From: a virus
Taxonomy: Duplodnaviria > Heunggongvirae > Uroviricota > Caudoviricetes
DNA length: 18,271 bases
Strand: one strand, 5' to 3'
IMG/VR virus record: IMGVR_UViG_2872698443_000001
Positions within the stretch are counted from its first letter, which is position 1; each line of letters begins with the position of its first letter. The notes beneath the pieces were generated by a model. The model saw only the letters and a program-made list of their open reading frames with translations, searched no databases and was not told the origin of the DNA. Positions 6,806 through 15,226 of this stretch are shown here, in pieces. The translations under genes and the position numbers were made by a program.

Positions 6806-8540
6806 TGTGAAAACCCTCCCGCGCGACAAAATGGAGGAGGCCATCATCTTTGCTGGAACGGGAGCATGGAAAGCCGCTCAGGATTACCAGAAAGGGAAGG
6901 GCGAGCATGGAGACGATGTTCCGCCTGTGGTTCTGGATCACACTCAACTGGCGGAATTGCCACACCTGCGCATTGTTGATAAAGGCCGTCGATTTGCCCG
7001 TGTCTGTCAGGCCGGGCTTATCGAGCAAAACCAAATCAGCATGATTGCAAATAAGCTGTGTGAGGCTGGCGTTACCAATGCTGAGTTTATCAACGAAAAA
7101 GGCGAGAAAGAGGACTGGACGCCATTGATGAAACGTCTGGAAGACGAGCCACTTATGGTGACTACGAGGGGAAGTGCTACGCCTGCGCTTAACCAGATGG
7201 GAGCCAGCCAGCGCGGGGAAGTTCTGCTTGCTCATTACGATGGCAATCTGGCGATCCATGCTGATTCCGACACGGTTCATCATTACAACGGCGTGGTGTG
7301 GGTTCCGCTTTCGGATAAAGAGCTGCAGCGAGAAATGGCGCAGATTTTTATTGATTCCGAAGTCGCCTATTCGCAGAACGCGATTAAATCCGCTGTCGAT
7401 ACAATGAAGCTGGGCCTCCCGGTAATGGGTAACACAGCCCGTAACCTGATTGGTTTCAGCAACGGGGTTTTTGATACCCGGTTAGGCCAATTTCGACCGC
7501 ATGATAAAAAGGACTGGCTTATCGTTGCGAGCGAATTGCCATTCAGCGAACCAGCAGAAGGTGAAACTCTGGCAACCCATGCGCCTAACTTCTGGAAATG
7601 GCTCCGCCGCTCTGTGGCGGATAATGACCGAAAAGCAGACCGCGTACTGTCTGCGCTGTTTATGGTGCTGGCGAACCGGTACGACTGGCAGCTGTTTCTT
7701 GAGGTAACGGGGCCGGGCGGAAGTGGTAAAAGTGTTATGGCTGAGATCTGCACGATGCTGGCGGGCAAGGCCAACACCGTATCGGCGAGCATGGCGGCGC
7801 TGGAGAACCCAAGGGAAAGGGCGCTGGTAGTGGGCTATTCGCTGATTATCATGCCGGATATGACCCGGTACGCTGGCGACGGCGCAGGGATTAAAGCTAT
7901 CACTGGCGGGGATAAGGTAGCCATTGACCCTAAACACAAAGCGCCATATTCAACCCGTATACCTGCGGTGGTGCTGGCCGTCAATAACAATGCCATGTCG
8001 TTCAGCGACAGAAGCGGGGGGATTTCCAGACGGCGGGTGATTTTCAACTTCTCCGAAGTGGTACCGGAAAACGAACGCGATCCTATGCTGGCCGAGAAGA
8101 TTGAAGGTGAGCTGGCTGTAATCATTCGCCACCTGCTCACTCGCTTTTCCAGGCAGGACGAAGCCAAACAGCTTTTGCATGAGCAGCAAAAATCAGAAGA
8201 AGCGCTGGCCATTAAACGTGAAGGGGATTCACTGGTGGACTTTTGCGGCTACCTGATGGCTTCGGTGGTTTGTGATGGAATGCTGATTGGTAATGCCGAG
8301 ATCGTGCCATTCAGCCCGCGCCGTTATCTGTATCACGCTTATCTGGCTTACATGCGGGCCAATGGTCTTAGCAAGCCTGTATCGTTAATGCGGTTCGGTA
8401 CGGATATGCCAGGCGCAATGGCTGAATATGGCAAGGAGTACCAGAAGCGCAAAACTAAACATGGCATAAGATCGAACGTCACCCTGCATGATGATTCAGA
8501 AGACTGGATGCCAATGTGTACCGATACAACAAAAGAATAA
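6789..8540 (+). CDS. P4-alpha-like replication protein with SF3 helicase domain (583 aa); no obvious primase domain
   Basis: Walker A GPGGSGKS in a D5/P4-primase-C-terminal-type helicase context; followed immediately by an array of TGTTCACC iterons, the recognition sequence of P4 alpha. Confidence 0.85.
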   Translation: MKNAPNVKTLPRDKMEEAIIFAGTGAWKAAQDYQKGKGEHGDDVPPVVLDHTQLAELPHLRIVDKGRRFARVCQAGLIEQNQISMIANKLCEAGVTNAEFINEKGEKEDWTPLMKRLEDEPLMVTTRGSATPALNQMGASQRGEVLLAHYDGNLAIHADSDTVHHYNGVVWVPLSDKELQREMAQIFIDSEVAYSQNAIKSAVDTMKLGLPVMGNTARNLIGFSNGVFDTRLGQFRPHDKKDWLIVASELPFSEPAEGETLATHAPNFWKWLRRSVADNDRKADRVLSALFMVLANRYDWQLFLEVTGPGGSGKSVMAEICTMLAGKANTVSASMAALENPRERALVVGYSLIIMPDMTRYAGDGAGIKAITGGDKVAIDPKHKAPYSTRIPAVVLAVNNNAMSFSDRSGGISRRRVIFNFSEVVPENERDPMLAEKIEGELAVIIRHLLTRFSRQDEAKQLLHEQQKSEEALAIKREGDSLVDFCGYLMASVVCDGMLIGNAEIVPFSPRRYLYHAYLAYMRANGLSKPVSLMRFGTDMPGAMAEYGKEYQKRKTKHGIRSNVTLHDDSEDWMPMCTDTTKE

Positions 8541-8570
8541 AGGCGGGGAAAATTAAAAGTAATGGGATAA

Positions 8571-8799
8571 GTGTTCACCACTGTTCACCATGTATAAAAA
8601 TCATTAAATAACAATATGTTAATGGGTGAACACTTTTTTATGAAGTGTTCACCAAGTATTCACCAGTTCACCTTTAAAGGGCTTTTCTTTTAAAAGGTGA
8701 AGGGTTAAGGTGAACACTAGTGAATACTTAAAATCATAGTCTTCACCCTGTAACCGAATGAATTTAAATAGGAAAAATGCAAAGGTGAACAGGTGAACA
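8571..8799. repeat. Origin-type iteron array: about 10 copies of TGTTCACC / GGTGAACA in both orientations (P4 ori-like)
   Basis: Copies at about 8572, 8582, 8625 (rc), 8646, 8657 (variant), 8665 (variant), 8709 (rc), 8720 (rc variant), 8784 (rc) and 8791 (rc), in AT-rich DNA just downstream of the helicase gene. Confidence 0.8.
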
Positions 8800-8837
8800 C
8801 TTAAACGCATATTTTTAAATTTTACAGGAGGGGCTGT

Positions 8838-9098
8838 ATGCCAATCACTAACGAGGAACGTAGGGAACACCTGGAAAAGTTTGGTTTAACCAGTCTTGAT
8901 ACAACGCACACTGCCGATTACCGTAAAGCCCTTGAAGAGGAAGCGTTCTTTTGGGATGACCCACACGGTTTTGTGATGCACACGCTTTCCGGAGAGCGAC
9001 TCGTTACGAATACAGAACAGCTGGATGCCTTGCTCGAGCATCTGGAAGGATACCGTGCTTTATTGCCTGACCCTCCGGAATGGATGAGAGAAGATTAA
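8838..9098 (+). CDS. Small acidic hypothetical protein (86 aa)
   Basis: ATG preceded by AGGAGGGG; the protein has many more Asp/Glu than Lys/Arg residues. No family recognised. Confidence 0.55.
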   Translation: MPITNEERREHLEKFGLTSLDTTHTADYRKALEEEAFFWDDPHGFVMHTLSGERLVTNTEQLDALLEHLEGYRALLPDPPEWMRED

Positions 9099-9104
9099 TC
9101 AAGT

Positions 9105-9125
9105 GGCCTCATCACAGATGAGGCC
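9105..9125. terminator. Hairpin between convergent genes (8-bp stem GGCCTCAT / ATGAGGCC, loop CACAG); possible bidirectional terminator
   Basis: Perfect inverted repeat between the stop of 8838-9098 (+) and the stop of 9137-9658 (-); flanking T-tracts are weak. Confidence 0.4.
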
Positions 9126-9136
9126 TAATATGAGAT

Positions 9137-9658
9137 TTAACGATGTAATTCATTAATTTTGTCGCTGACGTTTTTTTTCCTTAACTCATTCAAGAAAAAA
9201 TAATTAACAAGTATCACCCTAAATATCGCTGCGAATTGCGCGATAGCCAAGAAAGCTACAAATGTAAAATTAAGGTATTTAACATAAGGGATATAGTTAA
9301 CATCAACCAGGCCTTTAAGTAAAGGGGCGAAGAATTGTATAAGAAGAACAGCCATTAATACAACAGCTGATACCATGACGATCTCAACTAATTCGCTTAA
9401 ATAATTAGCATCTTTATGTGATTCCTTCCCCTCGGCTTTATTTGATTGAGGTGAGTCCCTCTTATTTAATATTCTCGCCATCGCCCTTGGATAAATAATT
9501 GCTATCCAGGCGCCTATAATGGCAAATATTATAGATGAAATATTAAGCAGGGCACCTAGCGTGTCCTTGTAATCATTATAGCCAAGCGTTGTTATTCGGC
9601 CTCTAAATATAATGGCCATCAAGGCTGCTATAAGCACATAAATTATATATTTTATCAT
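9137..9658 (-). CDS. Small integral membrane protein with four predicted transmembrane helices (173 aa); second gene of cargo operon
   Basis: Four hydrophobic stretches (about residues 4-18, 34-56, 88-113, 129-153) separated by charged loops; its start is 1 nt after the upstream gene's stop (TGA-C-ATG on the minus strand); visibly AT-rich. Confidence 0.75.
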   Translation of the reverse strand: MIKYIIYVLIAALMAIIFRGRITTLGYNDYKDTLGALLNISSIIFAIIGAWIAIIYPRAMARILNKRDSPQSNKAEGKESHKDANYLSELVEIVMVSAVVLMAVLLIQFFAPLLKGLVDVNYIPYVKYLNFTFVAFLAIAQFAAIFRVILVNYFFLNELRKKNVSDKINELHR

Positions 9659-9659
9659 G

Positions 9660-10694
9660 TCACCCCCCTGCTGGTGGTGTCTTCATTTTGTTTAACAACT
9701 CTGCTCTGCGTTTTATTATAGCAGATAACAGTCTTTCTGGAGCTATTATGTGGTTATCTTTTCGCCGAACATTTAGCTCGGTTTCAAAAGCAACATTTGC
9801 ACCGCTAAGCCAGATAGATTTCCCGTCACTATATTTGAAGCCAACATTCCTTATAGGTGAGCTATTACCTAACTCATTATAGTTTTTAATAATTAATTTT
9901 AGCTGTGATTCTGTTGGTTTGAATTCCATCTCGTGAAAGATCGTTCTTTCCTGTGTGTTTGCTGGTGTGTTTTTTAACAGGCCAGAAAAAACTCTTTCAA
10001 TTATTTTTCTATCATCTGGGGCTAAATAAGTTATTTTTTCTCTTTTTAATATCTTTGTGATTCTGTGAATGTTATTAATTAACTCTGCCTGAACCTCATC
10101 ATATTTCATTCCTACAGCATAAAATTTAGGGTTTAATTTTTCTGAATCAGAGTTTTTCTTAGCATCAGCGGAAAAGCCAATTACTTTATCATCATTATCG
10201 AGCACGCGATATGGGGATTTGTTTGCAAGATATCCATTGAGATAGTTATCAAGATTACCCTTTCCCATTAGAGAGTGTTCAAATTTGATTGAAGCAAAAG
10301 CATTTTCATCAGGAATGAACCAAAAGTAACAAGGAAATCCTGGAATAGCCTTATCGACATCAAATCCAGTGGTTAACATATCCACTTTACCGGGTTTAGC
10401 TAGCGGTGGCATACCATATATCACCCCACTATCATTGGGAACCTCTGCCCAAAGAGTTAAAAGGTGGTCTCCGTACTGCCTGTCTGACGCCAAACCACAA
10501 AAATAGGTATTGCGGATGTCCTCTTCCTTTTCGGCTTGGTAGGTAAGAGTATTGATGAACTCTCTTCCATCAGAAGCCCAACCTTTCAGTTTAAGCAATG
10601 TATCAGTGGTGTTGCCTAAGTCTGGTTTTTTAGAGCCGTGCTTGTAATATCCGCATCTATTGATATCAAAAAACTTCAGTTTTGCAGTTAGCAT
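9660..10694 (-). CDS. Hypothetical soluble protein (344 aa); first gene of cargo operon, candidate sensor or effector of a defence system
   Basis: Long ORF with a good RBS (AAAGGAAAATAA-ATG); visibly AT-rich compared with the flanking capsid and replication genes; no nucleotidyltransferase, ATPase or other motif recognised by eye. Confidence 0.75.
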   Translation of the reverse strand: MLTAKLKFFDINRCGYYKHGSKKPDLGNTTDTLLKLKGWASDGREFINTLTYQAEKEEDIRNTYFCGLASDRQYGDHLLTLWAEVPNDSGVIYGMPPLAKPGKVDMLTTGFDVDKAIPGFPCYFWFIPDENAFASIKFEHSLMGKGNLDNYLNGYLANKSPYRVLDNDDKVIGFSADAKKNSDSEKLNPKFYAVGMKYDEVQAELINNIHRITKILKREKITYLAPDDRKIIERVFSGLLKNTPANTQERTIFHEMEFKPTESQLKLIIKNYNELGNSSPIRNVGFKYSDGKSIWLSGANVAFETELNVRRKDNHIIAPERLLSAIIKRRAELLNKMKTPPAGG

Positions 10695-10708
10695 TTATTT
10701 TCCTTTTT

Positions 10709-10736
10709 ATTATCACTACCGAGAGGCTGTGGTTAA
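10709..10736 (-). promoter_or_regulatory. Candidate sigma70 promoter for the cargo operon (extended -10 GTGATAAT, -35 TTAACC, 16-nt spacer)
   Basis: Reverse complement of 10709-10716 is GTGATAAT and of 10731-10736 is TTAACC; positioned just upstream of the 344-aa gene. Motif-level only. Confidence 0.3.
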
Positions 10737-10845
10737 ATAATCTAACAAAAAAATTCTTTTGTAAATTATTTGTTCTCATGTTTATTCGTGATTGCCTCTG
10801 TCTATGTACGGGGTTTTCTTTATATTTTTCATGTATATCTTTAAG

Positions 10846-10933
10846 AGTGGCACTCAGACGTGAGCCGCCACTGGCCGTTAAGTCAAGCTGTAGCGAGTAC
10901 AGCCTGCGAGAGGCAGAAAAAGATTTAACGGCC
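10846..10933. other. GC-rich nested inverted-repeat element in an otherwise AT-rich divergent intergenic region
   Basis: Outer 9-bp stem GGCCGTTAA (10873-10881) / TTAACGGCC (10925-10933) enclosing hairpins GCTGTA-GCGAG-TACAGC and CTGC-GAGAG-GCAG; a further GTGGC/GCCAC stem at 10846-10870. Confidence 0.35.
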
Positions 10934-10988
10934 TCCCCTCCAAGCGCTGGTTTCACGTCTCAACGTTAATTGTTACGGAAACCACTCC

Positions 10989-12155
10989 ATGAAGAAACTA
11001 CTCGAATTACGCCAGCAGAAAGCCGCACTCAAAACACAGATGCGTTCCATGCTGGACAAAGCCGACACCGAAAAGCGCAGCCTGAACGAAGAAGAGGGCC
11101 AAAAGTTCGATGAACTCCGCGCCCAGGCTGATGCGCTTGAAGTTGAAATCACCCGTCTAGAAGCCGTCGCCGACGATCAGCGCAATCTGCCTGGTACTTC
11201 CGTTGAAGGTGAGCCAGTAAGCAACGACGAGCTGCGCCACTACATCATGACAGGTGATACCCGTTCTCTCTCCACGCTGGTGCAGGCTGATGGCGGCTAT
11301 ACCGTTATCCATGAGCTGGACAAAGAGATTATGCGCCAGTTGCAGGATGATAGCGTGATGCGCTCCATCGCAACGGTGAAGACCACCAAAACCAACGAAT
11401 ACCAGAAGCTGGTATCTGTGGGCGGCACTACCGTTAATCGTGGTACCGAAGGTGAGGCACGTACCGAAACCAGTACGCCGAAGATGGAGCGCGTTGATAT
11501 CAAACTCAACCCGATCTACGCCTACCCGAAAACCACTCAGGAGATTCTCGACTTCTCCGAGGTGGATATTTTGGGCTGGCTGTCTTCTGAAATTGCCGAC
11601 ACCTTCACCGCGACCGAAGAAAGCGACTTTGTGAACGGCGACGGTGATAAAAAATCCAAAGGCTTCCTGTCTTACCCTCGCGCGGCCACTGCCGACAAAA
11701 CCCGTCCGTTCGGTACGCTGGAGAAGATGGAAGCGGCTGACGTTTCCTCTGATGGCCTGATCGACCTGCTGTATAAGCTGAAAGCCAAATACCGCAAAAA
11801 CGCCGTATGGGTGATGAACTCCAACACCGCAGCCAAACTGCAAAAGCTGAAAAACGGCAACGGGGATTACATCTGGCGCGATCGTCTGGTTGCCGGTTCT
11901 CCCGATACGCTGCTGGGCCGTCCTGTTCAGTATCTGGAAACCATGCCGGATGCGGAGGCAGGTAAAGCATTCCTCGCGGTAGGCGACTTCAAGCGCGGCT
12001 ATTTCATCGTGGATCACACCACTGGCGTGCGTACCCGCCCTGACAACATCACCGAACCGGGTTTCTACAAGGTGCATACCGATAAATACCTGGGCGGCGG
12101 CGTGGTGGACTCCAACGCCATCAAGGTGCTTGAGCTTTCAGGCTCCGGTTCCTGA
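10989..12155 (+). CDS. HK97-fold major capsid protein (388 aa) with N-terminal coiled-coil scaffolding (delta) region
   Basis: N-terminal charged coiled-coil segment followed by a capsid-like body; size and composition typical of HK97-family major capsid proteins; followed by an intrinsic terminator. Confidence 0.9.
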   Translation: MKKLLELRQQKAALKTQMRSMLDKADTEKRSLNEEEGQKFDELRAQADALEVEITRLEAVADDQRNLPGTSVEGEPVSNDELRHYIMTGDTRSLSTLVQADGGYTVIHELDKEIMRQLQDDSVMRSIATVKTTKTNEYQKLVSVGGTTVNRGTEGEARTETSTPKMERVDIKLNPIYAYPKTTQEILDFSEVDILGWLSSEIADTFTATEESDFVNGDGDKKSKGFLSYPRAATADKTRPFGTLEKMEAADVSSDGLIDLLYKLKAKYRKNAVWVMNSNTAAKLQKLKNGNGDYIWRDRLVAGSPDTLLGRPVQYLETMPDAEAGKAFLAVGDFKRGYFIVDHTTGVRTRPDNITEPGFYKVHTDKYLGGGVVDSNAIKVLELSGSGS

Positions 12156-12165
12156 TTTGACGTTT

Positions 12166-12187
12166 AAGGGGCTTCGGCCCCTTTTTG
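12166..12187 (+). terminator. Rho-independent terminator after the capsid gene
   Basis: AGGGGC-TTCG-GCCCCT hairpin followed by TTTTT. Confidence 0.7.
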
Positions 12188-12206
12188 CCCTCTGTGGAGT
12201 CCAGTA

Positions 12207-12767
12207 ATGAAAACAATCGATTTTGAAATCCGTACCTCCGAAGTGAGCGCCAGCAACAAAAAGCTGGTGGGCTATGCCGTACGCTGGAACAGTCTCTCTG
12301 AAATTATCTGGGACGAGTTCCGCGAGCAGTTTGCGCCGGGAGCGTTTAAAGACAGCCTGGCATCCGGTAGCGATGTGCGTGCGCTGTACGAGCATAACTA
12401 TACCCAGCTGCTGGGCCGCACTAAATCCGGCACGCTGGTGCTGTCAGAAGATGATACCGGGCTGCGCTTCGAGCTGACCCCGCCGAATACCCAGCTTGGC
12501 AACGATGTGCTGGAGCTGGTGGAGCGTGGGGATATCTCCGGCATGAGCTTTGGTTTCCGGGCGCTGAAAGAGGCGTGGGATATCGGCCAGTCTCCATACC
12601 TGCGCACTGTTACCGCAGCCGAACTGCGGGAGATTACCGTTACCTCTATGCCTGCTTATCCTGAGTCTGGAGTGGAAATCGCGCACCGTTCGCTTTTCTC
12701 CCAACATCCTGAACTGTGCCGCGCTGGCGATAACCGTCGCCGCTGGGCTGAATTAGCGGGGCTCTGA
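12207..12767 (+). CDS. HK97-family prohead (head maturation) protease (186 aa)
   Basis: Size, position within the head module and sequence pattern consistent with HK97-type prohead proteases; GGAG RBS upstream. Confidence 0.8.
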   Translation: MKTIDFEIRTSEVSASNKKLVGYAVRWNSLSEIIWDEFREQFAPGAFKDSLASGSDVRALYEHNYTQLLGRTKSGTLVLSEDDTGLRFELTPPNTQLGNDVLELVERGDISGMSFGFRALKEAWDIGQSPYLRTVTAAELREITVTSMPAYPESGVEIAHRSLFSQHPELCRAGDNRRRWAELAGL

Positions 12768-12768
12768 T

Positions 12769-14010
12769 ATGTGGAATATCTGGCCGTTTGGCCGTAAGTC
12801 TGAACCCTCTGAGCAGCGCAGCATGACCATTGATGAATTTCTGGCGATGGCAGGGATTCCAAATACCGGATCAGGCGAGTATGTGTCTGCGGGTACTGCG
12901 GAATCTCTGCCGGCGGTCATGAACGCCGTATCAGTTATCAGTGAGGCGGTGGCAACAATGCCCTGCTACCTCTACCGCGTGCGTAATGATAACGGGCGTG
13001 AGGCGCGAGAATGGCTGAGCAATCATCCGGTGGATTTTCTGCTGAACGAGCAGCCGAACGACTGCCAGACACCTTACCAGTTTAAACGCACGATGATGCG
13101 CCATTGTCTGCTGAATGGTAACGCCTATGCGGTGATCCAGTGGGGCCGCGACGGCCAGCCGCAATCCCTGCATCCGTATGCGCCGGGGGCGGTTGTTCCT
13201 GAGCGTATCGGCCAGCATAAGTACAAATACACCGTTACTGAACCGTTTACCGGGGCAGTGCGCACCTACTTGCAGGAAGAGATTCTGCACCTGCGTTACT
13301 CGACCGATGATGGTTTTCTGGGGCGCTCGCCGATCACCATCTGCCGTGAGGCGCTGGGGTTAGGTCTGGCCCAGCAGCGCCACGGTGCCAGCATTATGAA
13401 AGATGGCATGATGGCGGCGGGCGTAGTCACGACTGCTGAATGGCTCGATAGTGTGAAGGGTAAGCAGGCGCTGGACGCGCTTGAGCGCTACAAAGGTGCC
13501 AGAAATGCCGGTAAAACGCCGATCCTTGAAGGTGGCATGGACTATAAGCAGCTTGGCATGAGCAATCAGGATGCTGAGTGGTTGGCCTCCCGGCGCTTCA
13601 CCATCGAAGATATTGCCCGCATGTTTAACGTTTCTCCCATCTTCTTGCAGGAATACAGCAACAGCACCTACAGCAATTTTAGTGAGGCGAGCCGCGCCTT
13701 TCTTACCATGACAATGCGCCCGTGGCTGGCGAACTTTGAGCAGCAGATTAAATCCGCGTTGCTGGTGGCATCGCCTGTACCCGGAATCCGTTATCAGGTG
13801 GAGTTCGACTCTGCCGATCTTCTTCGAGCCACTCCAACCGAACGCTACGCAACTTATGAGCGCGGTATCAAGAACGGGATCATGAACCCGAACGAAGCCC
13901 GCGAACGCGAAGGGATGCCGCCGCGTGAAGGTGGCGACGAATACAGCCAGGCATGGAAGCAGGAAGTGAAGGTCAGTACCGATTCTGAGACTAAGGAGGA
14001 TGCGTTATGA
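12769..14010 (+). CDS. Phage portal protein, HK97 family (413 aa)
   Basis: Size, position in the head module and conserved central region typical of HK97-family portal proteins; its stop overlaps the start of the next gene. Confidence 0.85.
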   Translation: MWNIWPFGRKSEPSEQRSMTIDEFLAMAGIPNTGSGEYVSAGTAESLPAVMNAVSVISEAVATMPCYLYRVRNDNGREAREWLSNHPVDFLLNEQPNDCQTPYQFKRTMMRHCLLNGNAYAVIQWGRDGQPQSLHPYAPGAVVPERIGQHKYKYTVTEPFTGAVRTYLQEEILHLRYSTDDGFLGRSPITICREALGLGLAQQRHGASIMKDGMMAAGVVTTAEWLDSVKGKQALDALERYKGARNAGKTPILEGGMDYKQLGMSNQDAEWLASRRFTIEDIARMFNVSPIFLQEYSNSTYSNFSEASRAFLTMTMRPWLANFEQQIKSALLVASPVPGIRYQVEFDSADLLRATPTERYATYERGIKNGIMNPNEAREREGMPPREGGDEYSQAWKQEVKVSTDSETKEDAL

Positions 14011-14342
14011 GGCCGGGAGGATTAAGGCAACGCGTCACGATTCAGAATTTTACTACCAGCCGAACCCCTTCTGGTGGCGTCATTCAGGAATGGTACGACG
14101 TTGCGACAGTCTGGGCAGAAGTGAAGGGGATCAGTGGCCGTGAGCTGATTGCTGCGGGTGCTGAAATGTCCGAGGTTACATTTCGTATGTGGATACGTTA
14201 CCGCTCTGACGTAACCAGCGCCAGCCGGATCATCTGGAAACAGAAAGGACATGATGCAAAAGCATTTGATATTCAGTCGGCAATTCCTGATGAAAAGGCT
14301 ACCAGGCTGGAGTTGCTTTGTAAGGGAGGGCTTAAGCCGTGA
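14007..14342 (+). CDS. Head closure / head-tail joining protein (111 aa)
   Basis: Small protein translationally coupled to the portal gene; sequence pattern (RVTIQ..., ATVWAEV..., ELLCKGG) resembles phage head-tail joining proteins. Confidence 0.7.
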   Translation: MRPGGLRQRVTIQNFTTSRTPSGGVIQEWYDVATVWAEVKGISGRELIAAGAEMSEVTFRMWIRYRSDVTSASRIIWKQKGHDAKAFDIQSAIPDEKATRLELLCKGGLKP

Positions 14343-14638
14343 GTGAACTAATTGGGCTTGATGAGGCAAAACTTCACTGCCGCATCGATAACGATGATTC
14401 CTATGAAGATGCAATGATTCAGGCATACATCGAAGCGTCACTGGAAGTCTGCCAGAAGCATATCGGTAAACGGTTCGGTGCTGGCCTGGAATTCACTCCT
14501 GCCATCAAGATCGGATGCCTTATGTACGTTTCCCAACTGTACGAATACCGCACGATGATTAGTGATGTGGAGGCGAAAGAGATCCCCCTTGCTATCTCTG
14601 CATTGTGGTCTGTGTATCGCGATGTGGGGGTGTACTGA
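14339..14638 (+). CDS. gp6-like head-tail connector protein (99 aa, GTG start)
   Basis: GTG start after AAGGGAGGG; N-terminal LDEAKLHCRIDNDD...DAMIQAYIEAS pattern typical of gp6-like connector proteins. Confidence 0.7.
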   Translation: MSELIGLDEAKLHCRIDNDDSYEDAMIQAYIEASLEVCQKHIGKRFGAGLEFTPAIKIGCLMYVSQLYEYRTMISDVEAKEIPLAISALWSVYRDVGVY

Positions 14639-15081
14639 TGCCGTGGCAACCAATGCGCCGGTGCACTGAGCCGGGATGCAATAAGCGGGTGAAGTCTGGT
14701 AAGTGCGATGAGCACAAGCGGGAAGCCTGGCGGGCGGAAGATGCCAGACGCGGCCACCGTCGCGCCCGTGGTTACTCAGCATCATGGGAGAAGTACCGCG
14801 CTCAGTATCTGAAACGTCAGCCGCTATGTGTCGAGTGCCAGAAGCTGGGCCTCTACGTTCCTGCAAAGATTGTCGATCACATCATCCCTATCGACGGCGG
14901 TGATGATGTTCTGTTCTGGCCTGAGTGGAATCACCAGCCGTTATGCCAGATGCATCATAACCAGAAGACCACGCAGCAAGACCCCATCACCAAAGCGAAC
15001 CGTAAGGCAGGGCTGTACCGAGAGCAGGAAGAGCGTGCAGCCCATCGCAATGACTGGATGTATGAGGCCAGCAATGAATGA
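14638..15081 (+). CDS. HNH endonuclease (packaging-associated), 147 aa
   Basis: Cys-rich HNH region (CNKRV...C...HK...C.EC...DHIIPI...H...N...C..HH); start taken at the ATG overlapping the upstream stop (TGATG); located directly upstream of terS and terL. Confidence 0.85.
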   Translation: MPWQPMRRCTEPGCNKRVKSGKCDEHKREAWRAEDARRGHRRARGYSASWEKYRAQYLKRQPLCVECQKLGLYVPAKIVDHIIPIDGGDDVLFWPEWNHQPLCQMHHNQKTTQQDPITKANRKAGLYREQEERAAHRNDWMYEASNE

Positions 15082-15226
15082 GAAAGACGTGGTGAATCTG
15101 TACCGATCATTGATGCGCTGCCGTGATGGCTTCATGCAGGGGAGAAGCAGGCGCAATGAGCGCCAGCCTGTGCAGCGTATGAGCGAGCGTGAACGGGAGT
15201 TGCGGGAATGCTTCCGCAACCGCTGA
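15074..15226 (+). CDS. Possible small basic protein (50 aa) in the HNH-terS intergenic region
   Basis: ATG overlapping the HNH stop; Arg-rich translation MNEKDVVNLYRSLMRCRDGF...; no RBS assessed. Low confidence. Confidence 0.25.
   Translation: MNEKDVVNLYRSLMRCRDGFMQGRSRRNERQPVQRMSERERELRECFRNR

Noticed and set aside
6771-7283. 170-aa minus-strand ORF (and other minus-strand ORFs at 7367-8212) within the helicase gene
   Set aside because: Overlap the helicase/replication gene, which has clear motifs; no RBS or family signal.
8649-8870. 73-aa minus-strand ORF across the iteron region
   Set aside because: Composed largely of the iteron repeats themselves (repetitive FTF/VHL translation); the region is better explained as the origin.
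11157-12077. 306-aa minus-strand ORF inside the major capsid gene
   Set aside because: Fully overlaps a strongly supported capsid gene on the opposite strand; the Arg/Gly/His-rich composition is typical of antisense reading of GC-rich coding DNA.
14828-15073. Upstream part of the 132-aa plus-strand ORF overlapping the HNH gene in another frame
   Set aside because: Alternative-frame read-through of the HNH coding region; only the portion after the HNH stop (15074-15226) is retained, as a low-confidence small ORF.
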